DNA of 64,000 bases from an uncultured Atopobiaceae bacterium. GTDB lineage: Bacteria > Actinomycetota > Coriobacteriia > Coriobacteriales > Atopobiaceae. The stretch is taken from assembly GCA_947599965.1 (NCBI GenBank), contig CANQFP010000002.1, positions 3,958 through 67,957 of the forward strand. The letters are read 5' to 3'. Below the pieces are notes generated by a model, which saw only the letters and a program-made list of their open reading frames with translations, searched no databases and was not told where the DNA came from. The translations under genes and the position numbers were made by a program. Of the stretch, positions 27,989-36,500 are shown one piece after another (within the stretch, counting starts at the first letter, position 1; each line of letters starts with the position of its first letter).

Positions 27989-29020
27989 ATGTGCACCGCC
28001 GTCCGTTTCGTCGATAAGCAGGGGAACTTCTATTTCGGCCGTAACCTCGACTGGGGGTGCGGCTTCGGCGAGCAGGTCTGCATCGTTCCGCGCAACCACC
28101 CGTGGAAGAGCGCCTTCTCGGGCGACATGACCACCAAGGGCGCCATCGTCGGCTCCGCCGTCGTCATGCCCACCGACGAGATCCCACCGCTCTTCTTCGA
28201 CTGCGCCAACGAGGACGGGCTCGCGGTCGGCGGCCTCTCCTTCGCCGGCTACGCGAAGTACTCCGACGGCCCCGTCGACGGCAAGACCAACGTCGCCACC
28301 TACGAGCTCCCGCTCTGGATCCTCACCCAGTTCACCACCGTGGACGAGGTCGAGGAAGTCACGAAGAACATGAACCTCGTCGCCGTGAAGATCGGCGGCA
28401 TGGACCCGACCCCGATGCACTGGATCGTCACGGACAAGGAGCGCTCCATCGTCATCGAGCAGACCGAGGCGAACGGCTTCAAGGTCTACCACAACGACTT
28501 CGACGTCCTCACGAACCAGCCCACGTTCGACTGGCACGTGCAGAACCTTCGCAACTACATCAACGTCGACCACGCATGGCACAAACCCGTCACCTGGACC
28601 CGCGGCGAGCTCGCCCCCTACGGCGTCGGTCCCCAGATGCTCGGCCTTCCCGGCGACTGCGGCGCCGTCGCCCGCTTCGTGCGCGCGGCCTACATCAACG
28701 CCATGAGTCCGGTCTTCGGCGAGGACGATCCCGGCAAGAACGCCAACGAGAACATCATGCGGCTCTTCCATACGCTGAGCAACGTGGCCATGGTCAAGGG
28801 CATGGGCGCCATGGCGGACGGCTCCTACGAGTACACCATCTACACCGGCGGCTACGCGAGCGGCGTCAAGACCTACTTCTGGAACACCTACGAGGATCCG
28901 ACCCTGAACTCCGTGACCATCACCGAGGAGCTCGCCACGGCCGACAAGATCCAGACCTTCTCACCCAAGAATCCCGATGATTGGGGCCGCCAGGCTTTTG
29001 CATCGGATGTATCTCAATAG
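27989..29020 (+). CDS. Choloylglycine hydrolase family protein (bile salt hydrolase / penicillin V acylase type Ntn hydrolase)
   Basis: MCTAVRFVDKQGNFYFGRNLDW places the nucleophile Cys at position 2. ATG 27989 follows AAGGAGGGG. Confidence 0.88.
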   Translation: MCTAVRFVDKQGNFYFGRNLDWGCGFGEQVCIVPRNHPWKSAFSGDMTTKGAIVGSAVVMPTDEIPPLFFDCANEDGLAVGGLSFAGYAKYSDGPVDGKTNVATYELPLWILTQFTTVDEVEEVTKNMNLVAVKIGGMDPTPMHWIVTDKERSIVIEQTEANGFKVYHNDFDVLTNQPTFDWHVQNLRNYINVDHAWHKPVTWTRGELAPYGVGPQMLGLPGDCGAVARFVRAAYINAMSPVFGEDDPGKNANENIMRLFHTLSNVAMVKGMGAMADGSYEYTIYTGGYASGVKTYFWNTYEDPTLNSVTITEELATADKIQTFSPKNPDDWGRQAFASDVSQ

Positions 29021-29045
29021 TAGGGAATCGTCGCCCATCGACGCT

Positions 29046-29156
29046 GCGGCACCCCGGATGCACCTCATCTAGCCGCGATCTCGGGCGCTCGAGTAGCGTC
29101 AGTACGCTACGCGCCCGAGATCCCGTCTATCTGAGGCACCCCGAAGCGCCTCGCTG
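29046..29156. repeat. Intergenic structured repeat element, copy 1
   Basis: The element is about 110 nt. GGCACCCCGGATGCACC is followed by a bipartite hairpin at 29077-29122, GATCTCGGGCGC-TCGA-GTAGCGT-CAGT-ACGCTAC-GCGCCCGAGATC. This is followed by GGCACCCCGAAGCGCCTCGCTG. A second copy lies at 52122-52231. Confidence 0.8.
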
Positions 29157-29194
29157 TCATCTAGTGGATCTACCTGCCAGTTTCTATACGAAGA

Positions 29195-29230
29195 GGCCCG
29201 CGTCCCGAAGAGGGGCGCGGGCCTCGTTTC
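29195..29230 (+). terminator. Terminator-like hairpin downstream of the hydrolase gene
   Basis: GGCCCGCG (29195-29202) pairs with CGCGGGCC (29216-29223) and is followed by TCGTTTC. The 3' arm and tail are tandemly duplicated at 29217-29230 and 29231-29244. Confidence 0.5.
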
Positions 29231-29277
29231 GCGGGCCTCGTTTCGCGGTTGAGCCGTGAACGGTAGCGGAAGCGCCG

Positions 29278-29664
29278 CTAGTACATGACCTTGAACTTCT
29301 CCTCGCCGGGTATCGGCTCCATGGCGCTCGCCTGGGAGAGCTGGAAGACGAAGCGATAGCGTTCGTAGGCGGCGAAGAGCTTCGTCATGAAGCGGCGGAT
29401 GCCCGAGGCGGAGCCTTGCACCTCGAGCTCCACGGAGCCGTCCATGTGGTTCTTCACCCAGCCCGTGAGGTGGAGCTGGTCGGCGATGGCCTGCGCCGTG
29501 TAGCGAAAGCCGACGCCCTGGCAGCGCCCGGTGAAGACGCCGTGGAGGCGGTTCAGGCCGGTGGCGTCGGGGAGCGGGAGCGCGTTCACGTCGATGAGGG
29601 GAGCGCGCGGCGCATCGGATCCTCCGCCCGAGCTCGCGGAAGCGAAGCGATCGAAGAAGCCCAT
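29278..29664 (-). CDS. Acylphosphatase-domain protein with an N-terminal extension of about 40 aa
   Basis: GRCQGVGFRYTAQAIADQLHLTGWVKNHMDGSVELEVQG matches the acylphosphatase signature (VQGVGFR ... GWV.N..DGSVE...QG). Both the catalytic Arg and Asn are present. Confidence 0.75.
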   Translation of the reverse strand: MGFFDRFASASSGGGSDAPRAPLIDVNALPLPDATGLNRLHGVFTGRCQGVGFRYTAQAIADQLHLTGWVKNHMDGSVELEVQGSASGIRRFMTKLFAAYERYRFVFQLSQASAMEPIPGEEKFKVMY

Positions 29665-29667
29665 GGC

Positions 29668-30990
29668 CTACTCGTCCTCCGAGGTCGGCGGCTCGCCCGC
29701 GGCGTCGGCGCTCTCAACGGCGGAGGCGAGCTCGATCTCCTCCTCGAAGACGAGGGCGTCGATCGGCTCGAGCCCGAGGGCGTCTCGGCGCTCGGCGAGG
29801 TAGGCGAGGGCGGCCATGAGGGCGTCGGCGCGCTCGGCCTCGCTTGCGAGGGCCTCGTGCGCGGCCACCGCCTCGGCGTCGAGTGCGGGTGAGATCTTCG
29901 CCGCCGTGTCGGCGATCGCCTGGGCGGGTGCGCTTCTGAGCACGCGGTTCACCGGGCCCTCGACGAAGGGACGGATGCCCTCGTGGGTGATGGTGTGGTA
30001 GTAGAAGAGGCCCTTGCGCCCGGGGCCCGAGGAGAGCGTGCGATCGACGAGCACGGCACGCGCGAAGGCGGCGACGGTGCCCTTCTCGGCGCACCAGCGA
30101 TCGAGGTCCTCCTCGGAGAAGAAGGTCTCGAGCACGCAGGCGAGGTAGACGAGCATCTGGCTGCGCGCCGGGTTCTCGAGCTTCAGGATGTCGGCCACGG
30201 TGAAGTCGATCGCCCAGAAGAAGATCTCGCGACCCCAGCGCTCGATGAAGCCCGCGGCCAACCAGTCGCGAAGCACGTGCTCCACGATGCGCACGTGGTC
30301 GTGCGAGCGCAGCGCGAGATCCTTGAAGCGGCCCTCCATGAGCGAGCCGGCGCGATCGGCGCGGTAGACGTAGGGCTTGGCGGAGATGACGGAGATCCCC
30401 CTCGCGCGAGGGTAGAGCCCGAGCATGAAGGCCTGATCCTCGCCGAAGACGAGGTCCTCGTCGAAGCGCAGGCCGCTCTCGAAGAGGAGCTCGCGGCGCA
30501 CCGCGAGGCGCCAGGCGAAGGGGCGCGTGCCCTCGTCTGCGAGGAGCGCCTCGCAGAAGCCGGGGTAGTGGCAGGTCCTCGGCGAGAGCACCCGGTCGAG
30601 CCACCAGTAGGAGGCGCTCTCCGGCCACACGCGAGCGCCGAAGACGAGCACGTCCACGTCGCCCGGCGCGAGGGCTTCCTCGATGCACTGCGCGTAGGAC
30701 GGTTCCACGAAGTCGTCGGAATCCACGAAGGTCACGTAGTCGCCCGTCGCCACCTCGATGCCGGCGTTACGTGCCGAGGAGAGGCCGCCGTTCTCCTTGT
30801 CAACGACGACGATGCGGTCGGAGACCTCGTCGAAGAGCCCGAGGATCGCGCGGGAGAGATCGGGCGAGCCGTCGTTCACGCAGACGATCTCGAGGTCGCC
30901 CTCCTCGGCTTGGGTGAGGAGCGAGTGGAGGCACTGGGGAAGGTAGTCCTCCACCTTGTAGACGGGGACGATGACTGACAGGCGCGGCAC
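29668..30990 (-). CDS. GT2-family glycosyltransferase (440 aa)
   Basis: The sequence reads LSVIVPVYKVEDYLPQCLHSLLTQ...VNDGSPD...ARNAGIEVATGDYVTFVDSDDFV. A GTG start at 30990 follows GAAGGGAG. Confidence 0.9.
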   Translation of the reverse strand: MPRLSVIVPVYKVEDYLPQCLHSLLTQAEEGDLEIVCVNDGSPDLSRAILGLFDEVSDRIVVVDKENGGLSSARNAGIEVATGDYVTFVDSDDFVEPSYAQCIEEALAPGDVDVLVFGARVWPESASYWWLDRVLSPRTCHYPGFCEALLADEGTRPFAWRLAVRRELLFESGLRFDEDLVFGEDQAFMLGLYPRARGISVISAKPYVYRADRAGSLMEGRFKDLALRSHDHVRIVEHVLRDWLAAGFIERWGREIFFWAIDFTVADILKLENPARSQMLVYLACVLETFFSEEDLDRWCAEKGTVAAFARAVLVDRTLSSGPGRKGLFYYHTITHEGIRPFVEGPVNRVLRSAPAQAIADTAAKISPALDAEAVAAHEALASEAERADALMAALAYLAERRDALGLEPIDALVFEEEIELASAVESADAAGEPPTSEDE

Positions 30991-31006
30991 GGCGACTCCC
31001 TTCGAG

Positions 31007-32089
31007 TTACCGGGTGATGCGGTCGGTCACGGAGCGGGCGAGCGCGCGGGTGACGTAGGGCACGCCGCCGCGCTCGTAGTAGGCCCGGAAGGTCTTCATC
31101 TTGCCGGGGTCGCCCGAGGTGGCGCGCTCGTGCATGATCTCGAAGAGCTCGGGCTCCTCCTCGATGAAGGTGCGGTAGCGCCAGGCGCCCGAGGCGAAGA
31201 GCACGGGGTCGGAGATGCCGGCCTCGTCCTCGGCCTTGAAATCGGCCACCATGCGCTCGAGGAACGCGTGGCGAAGCTCCGGCGCGAGGCGCTCGTAGTT
31301 CCAGAGGTAGGTGTCGTATCGCATCCGACTCGTGGTGCGACGAAGCCATTCGCCGAGCTCGGGATGCTCGTCGAGCCAGGAGAGCATGCCGGCGTACTCG
31401 TCGCAGACGCAAAGCGCCTTGGCGGGCGAGTTCACCGAGGACGCCTCGTTGTCCTGGCGATAGTGCACGAAGGCGCGGTTCACGCAAAAGACGCGCTCGG
31501 CCTTCGCGAAGGCGCGGAAGGAGAAGCCCGCGTCTTGGTAGGAGGCGCCTGGCGTGGGCAGGCAGGCGATGTCGCCGTGGCTGAGGAAGGAGCGCCGGTA
31601 GAGCGCGCTCCAGATGCTCGGCTTGCGGAAGAAGACCTCGCGGTCGCACTCGGGCCAGACGAGCCCCGAGAGGCTCGCGTCGGTCCAGCGGAAACGCCGA
31701 TGATAGGAGCCGAGGGTCCAGGCGAGGAAGAAATCGGCCTTCACGAGGTCCACGCCGTGGGCCTCGCCGGCGGCCACCATCACCTCGTAGGCGTCGGGCT
31801 CGATGAAGTCGTCGGATTCGAGGATCGTCACCCACTCGCCGCGAGCCTCGGAGATGCCGATGTTGAGCGAATCGCCGTAGCCGGAGTTGGGTTTCGAGAT
31901 GATGCGGAAGCGCGGATCGGCTTCGGCGTAGCGCTCGAAGATGGCGGGCGTTCGATCGGTGGAGCCGTCGTCGACGCAGATGACCTCGATGTCGGTGAGC
32001 GTCTGCCCCGCAAGCGAATCGAGGCATTCCTCGAGGAAGACCTCGGCGTTGAAGGCGGGCACGACGACGGACACGCGCGGAGTGGCCAC
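31007..32089 (-). CDS. GT2-family glycosyltransferase (360 aa)
   Basis: The sequence reads VSVVVPAFNAEVFLEECLDSLAGQ...VDDGSTD...GEWVTILESDDFIEP. A GTG start at 32089 follows GAAGGAGGA. Confidence 0.9.
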   Translation of the reverse strand: MATPRVSVVVPAFNAEVFLEECLDSLAGQTLTDIEVICVDDGSTDRTPAIFERYAEADPRFRIISKPNSGYGDSLNIGISEARGEWVTILESDDFIEPDAYEVMVAAGEAHGVDLVKADFFLAWTLGSYHRRFRWTDASLSGLVWPECDREVFFRKPSIWSALYRRSFLSHGDIACLPTPGASYQDAGFSFRAFAKAERVFCVNRAFVHYRQDNEASSVNSPAKALCVCDEYAGMLSWLDEHPELGEWLRRTTSRMRYDTYLWNYERLAPELRHAFLERMVADFKAEDEAGISDPVLFASGAWRYRTFIEEEPELFEIMHERATSGDPGKMKTFRAYYERGGVPYVTRALARSVTDRITR

Positions 32090-32216
32090 GGACGTCCTCC
32101 TTCTTCCGCCCGCACCTTGGGGGCGGGCCGCCTCACGGATACGAAATCGCCCCGGAGACGAAGCCCCGGGGCGTCATTCGTCGCTCTCCATGATATGGGA
32201 AGCGCGCGTGCCTCGC

Positions 32217-32570
32217 CTAAAAATCTTGGCGGGCGAAGGAGCTCTCGTTCGAGACGGGCTTGAGCTCCTCGAGGTCGGCGAGGTTGTAGAGCACGCCGGA
32301 GGCCTCGTTGTCGGTCATGGTCTTCTCGTAGCGGCTCACCTTGGAGGCGGGACCTTGCACCACGAGATCGGCGATGCCGTGGTACGTGCGGCTGATCCAG
32401 CCGGTGAGGCCTAACTTCTCCGCCTCCTCCGTGGCGGTGTAGACGAACTGGCCGCTGTTCACCTGGCCCGCGTAGGAGAGGTGGACGCGGCGAGTCGGCT
32501 CGGGGGAGCCCTGCATATGCCGGGCGTCCTTCTTCGTGCTCATGGAGGCGAGGGGGTTGGACTTCTTCAT
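32217..32570 (-). CDS. Degenerate acylphosphatase-like protein
   Basis: GQVNSGQFVYTATEEAEKLGLTGWISRTYHGIADLVVQG aligns to the acylphosphatase fold, but the catalytic Arg (GFR becomes QFV) and Asn (WV.N becomes WISR) are replaced. ATG 32570 (MKKSNPL) was chosen. Confidence 0.5.
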   Translation of the reverse strand: MKKSNPLASMSTKKDARHMQGSPEPTRRVHLSYAGQVNSGQFVYTATEEAEKLGLTGWISRTYHGIADLVVQGPASKVSRYEKTMTDNEASGVLYNLADLEELKPVSNESSFARQDF

Positions 32571-32881
32571 GATGGTTCCTGTTCTCGGAGCGCACTGAAA
32601 CAAGGCGTGCGCAATCCTTGTGACGAGATTCCACTACTTCGAGCCCCGAAAACGTGCCAAGAAAATGTGGAGGTCGGGTGAGTGGGAACCGTTTTTCCGA
32701 CATCGGACGGTTTTGGGCGGTGAGCGGCGAAAACCGTGGATTCTTCGTGGTGAATTCATCGCGGATTCATGGTGGGTTGTGGAGCCCTCGGAGCGGGTGC
32801 ACTACGCTTTACGCGAGAGGGAAGATCGGGCCCCGAGAGGGTTTCGATGTGAGCGGCGGCGCGCGACGGGGAGGTGCGTCT

Positions 32882-33583
32882 GTGGCGTTCATCGAGTTTC
32901 GTGACGTGCGCAAGATCTACACCATGGGCGACGTCGAGGTAAACGCCGTGAACGGCATGGATTTCGACATCGAGGAGGGCGAGCTCTGCGTCATCGTGGG
33001 GCCCTCCGGCGCCGGTAAGACCACCGTCCTCAACATGCTCGGCGGGATGGATCAGGTGAGCGCCGGCACGATCAAGCTCGGCGATCGCATGGTGAGTGCC
33101 ATGGACGAGCGCGAGCTCACGCTCTATCGGCGCCACGACATCGGCTTCGTCTTCCAGTTCTACAACCTCGTGGCCAACCTCACGGCACTCGAGAACGTCG
33201 AGCTTGCGAGCCAGATCTGCGACGATCCGCTGCCGGCTGAGGAGGTCATGGAGAAGGTCGGGCTCGCCCATCGCATGGACAACTTCCCGGCCCAGCTCTC
33301 GGGCGGCGAACAGCAGCGCGTGGCCATCGCCCGCGCGCTCGCCAAGAACCCCAAGCTCATGCTCTGCGACGAGCCCACCGGCGCCCTCGACTACAAGACG
33401 GGCAAGCAGATCTTGAAGCTTCTGCAGGAGACCTGCCAAACCATGGGGCGCACGGTGGCCATCGTCACGCACAACCTTGCGTTCACGCAGATCGCGGACC
33501 GTGTGATCCACGTCCACGAGGGGCGCGCCAAGAGTGTGGAGACGAACGGGCATCCCGCGGATGCCCTCACCGTGGAGTGGTAG
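32882..33583 (+). CDS. ABC transporter ATP-binding protein (MacB/FtsE-like)
   Basis: Walker A is GPSGAGKTT, the signature motif is [15 protein letters not shown] and Walker B is [16 protein letters not shown] start at 32882 lies 7 nt after GGGGAGG. Confidence 0.92.
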   Translation: MAFIEFRDVRKIYTMGDVEVNAVNGMDFDIEEGELCVIVGPSGAGKTTVLNMLGGMDQVSAGTIKLGDRMVSAMDERELTLYRRHDIGFVFQFYNLVANLTALENVELASQICDDPLPAEEVMEKVGLAHRMDNFPAQLSGGEQQRVAIARALAKNPKLMLCDEPTGALDYKTGKQILKLLQETCQTMGRTVAIVTHNLAFTQIADRVIHVHEGRAKSVETNGHPADALTVEW

Positions 33584-33586
33584 GGC

Positions 33587-36500
33587 GTGGCGCCCCGCGC
33601 ACGTCATAACCCCTTCGTCATCGAGTTCCTCCGCTCGGTGAGCCGCTCGCTCGGGCGGTTCCTCGCCATCGTGGCCATCGTGGCCATCGGCTGCGGGTTC
33701 TTCGCCGGGCTCCGCATGACGGGCACGGGCATGCGCAAGTCGGCCGACATCTACTACGACGGCACCGAGCTCTACGACCTCCAGCTCGTCTCGACCCTCG
33801 GCATCTCCGAGAACACGGTGGAGCGGGTGGCCGAGACCCCGGGGATCACGGCGGTCATGCCCTCGCGCTCGGTGGACGTGATGGCGGCCATCGGGGAGAA
33901 CCAGGTGGCCGCCCGCGTGACGAGCTTCGACGTGGAGGCGGCGAAGAGGTCGAGCTCGGACGGCGTGCGCGTGTTCTCCGAGGACGACGGCTACCTGAAC
34001 CGCCTCATCCTGAGGACCGGGCGCTGGCCGAGCGCCCCGAACGAGTGCGTGGTGCTCGAGGAGCGCGCCGAGCACCTCGGTCGCTCCGACACGGTCGACG
34101 TGCTCTACGGGGCCACCTCCTTGGACGACGTGCTCGACGTGCGGGATTTCGACGTCGTGGGCACCGTGAGCTCCACCTACTACAGCCTCTCCTCCTCGCT
34201 CGCGACGACGACGCTCGGCTCGGGCATCCTCGAGCAGGCCGTCTTCGTGCCCGAGGACGCCTTCGACCCCGAGAGCCCCTACACCGAATGCTTCATGCGC
34301 GTGGGCGACGCGACGGACGAGATCACGGCAACCGAGCCCTACGAGGCCGAGGTGCAGAAGGTGGAGGAGGAGCTCGAGATCGAGCTCGATTCCTTCGCGA
34401 ACGAGCGGCGCGAGGAGGTGCGCGCCGAGGCCCAGGAGACCTTGGACGAGCATCGGGCGGATTTCGAGGAGGAGAAGGCGGAAGCCCTGGCCGAGCTCGA
34501 CGATGCCGAGCGCGAGCTGGAAGACGGCCTCGCCGAACTTCGGCGAAACCAGGCGACCGTGGACGATTCCGAAGCCGAGCTCGCCTCCGGCCAGGCCGAC
34601 TACGAGGCTGGCCTCGCGGAGATCGCCTCCTCGAGAAAGCGACTCCAAGACGGCGAGGCCGCCTACGCGAGCGGACAAGCCGAGATCGCCTCCGCCGAGC
34701 GGCAGGTCGCCGATGCGCGCACGCAGCTCGCCGACGCGGAGGCCCAGGCGGCTCCCGAGATCGAGCGGTTCGACGCCGCCGAGACCGCCTACCAAGACGG
34801 GCTTGCCGCCTATGACGGCGCCGTCTCCGACCTCGTGGCGCAGTTCTCTGCGCTCACGCCCGGCGCTTCCACGCCCGAGGAGATCCAGGCGGCCCTGCCG
34901 GCCGTGATCGAGCAGCTCTCCGCAGCCGCGGCGGCGGGCGTGCCCGGAGCCGAGGAGCAACTCGCCGCCGCCCGGCAGGCCCAAGCCGCGCTCGACGCCG
35001 CCATCCCCGAGCTCGAGGCCCAGAGGGCCCAGCTGGACGCCGCCGAGGCCGAGCTGGATGCCGCGCGACCCCAGGTGGAGGCCGCGAAGGCCCGGCTCGC
35101 CGAGGGCAGGCGCCAACTCGAGTCCGCCGAGGCAGAGCTCGCCGCCGGCCAAGCCGAGCTCGCCGCCTCACGCAGGCAGCTCGACGACGGATGGGCGCAG
35201 CTCGGAAGCGCCGAGGCCGAGCTCGCCTCCGCCGCCTCCGAGATCGCCTCCGGTCGCGCGCAGCTCGCCGACGCGCAGCGCCAGTTGGATGAGGGCTGGG
35301 ACGAGTACTACGAGGGCAAGGCCGCCTACGAGCGCGAGCGGCAGGACGCGCTCGAGAAGCTCGACGACGCCGAGAAGGAGCTCGACGACGCCCAGGCCGA
35401 GATCGACGATATCGAGCGCCCCGACGTCTTCGTCCTCGATCGCACGAAGAACTACGGTGCCCAGAGCTACGCGAACGATTCCGAGCGAATCGACGCCATC
35501 GCGAGCGTCTTCCCGCTCTTCTTCTTCATCGTGGCGGCCCTCGTGGCCCTCACGACCATGACCCGCATGGTCGACGACGAGCGCTCACTCATCGGCACCT
35601 ACAAGGCCCTCGGCTATTCCACGGCGACCATCTCGGCGAAGTACCTCGCCTACGCCGCCATCGCCTCCGGGATCGGCGCCGTCATCGGCATCGCCTTCAT
35701 GTCGCAGCTCCTCCCGTGGGTGATCCCCGAGGCCTACGGCATCGTCTACACCATCCCGCACCGCCCGTTCCCGCTCCCGATCGAGCCGGGCCCGGCCGTC
35801 TCCTCCTTCCTCCTCGGCCTCGGCTGCACCCTCACCGCCACGCTCGTGGCCTGCGTGTCGTCGTTGCGCGAGACGCCGGCCGCGCTCCTGCAGCCGAAGG
35901 CGCCGAAGGTGGGCAAGCGCATCCTCCTCGAGCGCATCGGGCCGCTCTGGCGAAAGATCACGTTCTCCTGGAAGGTCACGCTCCGAAACATCTTCCGCTA
36001 CAAACGGCGCTTCCTCATGACCGTCATCGGCATCGCCGGCTGCACGGGGCTCCTCGTCACGGGCTTCGGCGTGCGCGACGCCATCTCCGACATCATCGAC
36101 ATCCAATACGGCGAGCTCGTCGGCCACGACGTCATGATCGGGCTCGCGAACGACGCGACCACGGGCGAGGTGGCTGACGTCGTCGACTACCTCGACGAGA
36201 CCGGCGCCGCCGGCCGGTGCGTGATCGCCGACACCGAGAACGTCGTCGTTCGCGACGCCTCGGGCAAGGGCGACGACCACGCGGTCCAGCTCATCTGCCC
36301 CGAGAACATCGACGAGTTCTGCGAGATCCGCACGCTCCGCGAGCGCATCGGCCATGCGGAGGTGCCCTTCGAGCCGGATTCGGCGATCCTCACGGAGAAG
36401 CTCGCGACCATGCTCGGCGTCGGGCCGGGAGACGCGATCCGCGTCTTTGAGCCGAACGCCGTGGGCAACGTCACCGACCTCGGCCACGAGGTGACGCTCA

